Shown here in pieces: positions 60,705-64,000 of a DNA stretch of 64,000 nucleotides; position 1 is the stretch's first letter; each line of letters opens with the position of its first letter. This stretch comes from an uncultured Prevotellaceae bacterium. GTDB lineage: Bacteria > Bacteroidota > Bacteroidia > Bacteroidales > Bacteroidaceae. Where the stretch lies: contig ONRS01000027.1 of the NCBI GenBank assembly GCA_900320255.1, positions 922 through 64,921 of the forward strand. Reading direction: 5' to 3'. The notes beneath the pieces are model-generated. The model was not told the origin of the DNA. It worked only from the letters and a program-made list of their open reading frames with translations, and searched no databases. The position numbers and the translations under genes were made by a program.

Positions 60705-63543
60705 GTAGTGGAATAACTATATCAAACTCAGTAAACTGATTTTTCTCGGAGTTGACGGTGATGCTGCCCCTGTGGTTCTGCACTATTTCGTGGCTCAGGT
60801 ACAGGCCAATGCCCGAAGCCTCGCCAGTGGTCTTCGTGGTGAAGAAGGGGTCGAAGATTTTGTCAAGGATGCCACTCTCGATGCCGATGCCGTTGTCGTG
60901 CACCTTTATCACCACGTTATTGTTTTCGGTGTGTGCCGAGAGACGTATCTCGGGCTGATGGTCGGGCACGCGTTTCTTCTGCTTGACGACGGCATAGATG
61001 CCGTTGCCCAGCAGGCTCATGACGGTCTTGCTGAGCTGGTCGGCATTACCATTGATGCTGATGAGCTCGGAAGGACAGTCGAACACAGTCTTGATGTGAC
61101 ATTCTTCTATTTCCTTCTGGTAGTACTGATTGAGCATTTCGAAGTTCTTCTGGAGCATGGTGACGATGTTCATGGGCACCATGCCGCCCGAGCGGTCCTT
61201 GAGCATCTCCTCCATGGCCTTCAGCGTGCGCGAGGTGTTAATGCCGTGCTGCTCCACCTTGGCCAGGTTCTGCGTCAGCATGTCGAGCACGTCCATGGTG
61301 TCGTCGTAGTTCTCCGGGTCCATGTGTTCCTGCTCGTCCTCGATGTTGGCCTTCACGTCCTTGATGAGTCCCGACGAGAGCTTCGAGAAGTTGTTGATGT
61401 AGTTCATGGGGTTCAGGATGCGGTCAATGAGGCCCTGCGTCAGCTTACCGACGGTGGCCATCTTCTCCTGGTGCATCAGCTCGTCCTTCTGCTTGGCTAT
61501 TTCGGCCGTACGATCCTGTACCACCCGTTCCAGGCGCAGCTTGTCCTGCTCCAGCGAATGGGTGCGCCAGCGGGCAATGGCATAGGTGATGAGTGCTGCC
61601 AGCAGTGCAAAGAGCAGCAGCATGTACCAGCGCATGTAGAAGGGAGCGGGAATGCTGAAGTCGAACGACACGATGTTCGACAGGCGCCCCATGGGGTCGC
61701 AGGCTTGTATCTCCATGGTGTAGGCTCCCGAGGCCATGTTGAAGAAGCGTACGAAGGTCTGTTCGCTCCAGGCTGACCAGGTGCCGTCGTTCAGGCGGTA
61801 GCGGTAGGTGGCGTTTCCCACCAGCGGGGCATAGTCGATGGCGTAGCTGATGCGCAGCTCGCCGTAGTTGCTGTCGAGGGTGCCGAGCTCCTTGGGCTGT
61901 TCGCCTATGCCTCCCCATAACAGGCTGTCGCCCTGCATGGTGATGCTACGCAGGAAGAGCTGCGGCTTATGCCTGAGCATGGGGTCGGCAATGCTTCGCT
62001 TAATGCCAATGAGGCCGAAGTCGCCGCCTACCCACAGTTGTGAATTCATTCTCAGGATGGCCCGTACCACATAGTCCTTCAGCGGGGTGATATAGACTTC
62101 GTGCTCCTGGGCCAGCTGCTCGTGGCGTACCACTTTCAGCTCATGCCCTTCGGCATCGGTCACCCAGATGTTTCCCTCGAAGTCGGTATAGGAATATGAC
62201 GGATAGGGTATGAGGGCTTTCATCTTCTCGCCGGCCGACACCAGCTTGTGACCGTCCCACCGCCAGATGCCGTTGATGTTGGCAACCAGCACCTCGCGCT
62301 CGCCGCGGATGAGGGTGTTCACATCGTCCTCTTTCTTATTTGTATCCAGTGAGCGGAAGTTCTGCTCGTCAGCCGGTTTTAACCAGATGTCACCGTAGAG
62401 GTTCTGTGCCCAGATGTCGCCGTCCTTGTCCTGAAACATCCGAACCACTTTCTCGGCATTGGAAGCCTCGGAACGGAAATTGTCCTTATAATAGAACAGA
62501 CCGTCCAACTCGCCGCTGTAGTAACCGTCGTCATCAGGCAGGACGGCGGTGGCACTGGCCGTTGACAACTGGCGCGTGCTGCCGTCGGCAAAGACCCGGA
62601 AGACACCGCCCATGGTGGCTGCCAGCAGGCTGTTGCCGTCTGGCTCCAGGTTCCAGCAGGCGTGCTTAATCTCGCTGACTGGGACAAATGACTGCCCTAC
62701 GCGGCGGAACAGTCCGCTGAGGGTGCCTACAAAGAGATTTTCCTCAATGGCTTGTATGGCGAGCACTTCACCGCGAAGTCCTTCGCCTGACGTGAAGCGT
62801 GAATAGATGGAGGGCAGGGAAACGGCAAAGATGCCATTGTCAGTAACGCCCCACAGCATGCCGTGGGAGTCGTAGGCTATGTGGTTCACATTATTATTGC
62901 ACAGCCCGCTCTCCTCGGTCAGCTGGAAGATTTTTCGGCCTTGACCGTCAACAGCCAACAGTCCCTGACTGGTTAAAGCGACTACCTGTAGGTCATTGTT
63001 GATGCGGATGACTTCGTTCACTTCGTAGTCTTCACTCAACTGAATGTTTTTCTTGTCAGGGGGCAAGGCTCCTACAGGAACCAATTTGTCGCCCTGTACA
63101 CAATAGACGCTGTGGTCGGAAATCTCCAGGCAAATGCTGCCGCTGGCATCTTGCCAGATTTCCTCTACTTGTCCGTGGAAGGGCACGTCGTTACTGGGTA
63201 GCAGGTCCTTAATGCCCAGACTGCCGTTCTTCTCATGGACCAGATAGCCTATGTAGTTGTAGCCGCCTACCCAGATATGGCCTTTCTTGTCGTTGAAGAG
63301 TGCCGTCAGCCGGTGGATGCCTTTTGTGTGGAGGACATGCCACGCTGCCTGGTCGAAGTAGAGCAGACCCTCGAAGTTGGCGATAAATACCTGCCCGTTG
63401 TCTCCGCAGATAATGTCGAAGTTCCGGTTGTGTGCCCCATACTCCTGGGCACTGTAGTTGCGCATGAAGGGTACACCCCTCTGGGCCATCAAGGGAATAA
63501 TGGCGGAAAGCACCAACAGATATGTGATAATAAGCCTCTTCAT
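60691..63543 (-). CDS. Membrane sensor with beta-propeller/Y_Y_Y input and a kinase domain lacking the phospho-His (pseudokinase)
   Basis: Signal peptide, propeller repeats, YRYRL..WSAWS, TM; H-box reads GLIDRILNP; DNGIGI, FDPFFTTK, GEASGIGL. Confidence 0.85.
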   Translation of the reverse strand: MKRLIITYLLVLSAIIPLMAQRGVPFMRNYSAQEYGAHNRNFDIICGDNGQVFIANFEGLLYFDQAAWHVLHTKGIHRLTALFNDKKGHIWVGGYNYIGYLVHEKNGSLGIKDLLPSNDVPFHGQVEEIWQDASGSICLEISDHSVYCVQGDKLVPVGALPPDKKNIQLSEDYEVNEVIRINNDLQVVALTSQGLLAVDGQGRKIFQLTEESGLCNNNVNHIAYDSHGMLWGVTDNGIFAVSLPSIYSRFTSGEGLRGEVLAIQAIEENLFVGTLSGLFRRVGQSFVPVSEIKHACWNLEPDGNSLLAATMGGVFRVFADGSTRQLSTASATAVLPDDDGYYSGELDGLFYYKDNFRSEASNAEKVVRMFQDKDGDIWAQNLYGDIWLKPADEQNFRSLDTNKKEDDVNTLIRGEREVLVANINGIWRWDGHKLVSAGEKMKALIPYPSYSYTDFEGNIWVTDAEGHELKVVRHEQLAQEHEVYITPLKDYVVRAILRMNSQLWVGGDFGLIGIKRSIADPMLRHKPQLFLRSITMQGDSLLWGGIGEQPKELGTLDSNYGELRISYAIDYAPLVGNATYRYRLNDGTWSAWSEQTFVRFFNMASGAYTMEIQACDPMGRLSNIVSFDFSIPAPFYMRWYMLLLFALLAALITYAIARWRTHSLEQDKLRLERVVQDRTAEIAKQKDELMHQEKMATVGKLTQGLIDRILNPMNYINNFSKLSSGLIKDVKANIEDEQEHMDPENYDDTMDVLDMLTQNLAKVEQHGINTSRTLKAMEEMLKDRSGGMVPMNIVTMLQKNFEMLNQYYQKEIEECHIKTVFDCPSELISINGNADQLSKTVMSLLGNGIYAVVKQKKRVPDHQPEIRLSAHTENNNVVIKVHDNGIGIESGILDKIFDPFFTTKTTGEASGIGLYLSHEIVQNHRGSITVNSEKNQFTEFDIVIPLLEKQ

Positions 63544-63554
63544 CAGCGTGCGGG

Positions 63555-64000
63555 TTACGGTTTAAATTTTACGTACGGGACGTTGTCGCCTATGTATTGT
63601 GACCATTCCTCACGGGTCAGGTTCCTCTTCAGTGACAGTCTGATAAGTGAGGCCATCTGTTCGGCATCAATCAGGGTGCGGGTCAGGTTGCCGCTCTGGT
63701 CACCAGTCCAGATGGAGTTCATTCGTTTTTCGAGAGAGAAGCTGATGACCCAGCGGTTGGTGGTCAGCACACGTATGGGGTCTGCCTTCTCGTGGCTGAC
63801 GTCCCAGACGTTGACAGTACCGTCATAGCTGGTGGAGTAAAGACGGTTGTCGTCGAATTTCAGGCGTGAAATGCGGGAGCGATGTGCTACCAGCTTACGT
63901 TGCTTGCCGTTCTTGTCAACCAGATAGATAACGCCGTCGGCCATGCCATAGGCCATCGCCGCCGTCTTTTCAGAGTGGGTGCAAGTGGTGACCTGCCCGT
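63555..64000 (-). CDS. C-terminus of a WD40-repeat protein (partial; probably STAND NTPase-WD40 type)
   Basis: Frame is open to the window edge; AHRSRISRLKF..STSYDGTVNVWD; terminal RNLTREEWSQY motif. Confidence 0.78.
   Translation of the reverse strand, partial: GQVTTCTHSEKTAAMAYGMADGVIYLVDKNGKQRKLVAHRSRISRLKFDDNRLYSTSYDGTVNVWDVSHEKADPIRVLTTNRWVISFSLEKRMNSIWTGDQSGNLTRTLIDAEQMASLIRLSLKRNLTREEWSQYIGDNVPYVKFKP

Overview
A 64-kb chromosomal window from a Bacteroidota genome, most likely a rumen or gut Prevotella/Xylanibacter-like organism (TAnnTTTG promoters, A-rich non-Shine-Dalgarno starts, SusC/SusD pairs). Left part: housekeeping and membrane genes (two DUF2207 paralogs with lemA, hemolysin III, a Dna2/UPF1-like helicase-nuclease, an ABC ATPase, topA-aroK-speA, a C26+M19 peptidase fusion, AsnC, three FKBP PPIases), then a nucleoside-hydrolase/P-loop fusion lipoprotein and a GH95. 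Centre: a complete xylan-utilisation locus (hybrid two-component regulator, GH5, SusC/D-SusC/D-SusE-like, CBM-interrupted GH10), followed by a large secreted adhesin, an acid phosphatase, a CE6-CBM48-CE1 esterase, a CotH kinase, a KdgK-like kinase and a fimbrillin-like lipoprotein with a small upstream ORF. Right end: an operon of a WD40 protein (partial), a sensor kinase lacking its phospho-acceptor His, a sensor-less intact kinase and a TonB-dependent receptor with a helical N-terminal extension. The most unusual features are (i) this apparently split pseudokinase/kinase system and (ii) a pervasive, ordered and polarised family of 6/7/8-nt micro-repeats plus REP-like palindromes, inserted in frame in at least nine proteins and filling whole intergenic spacers. 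No rRNA, tRNA, CRISPR array, transposase or reverse transcriptase was recognised.
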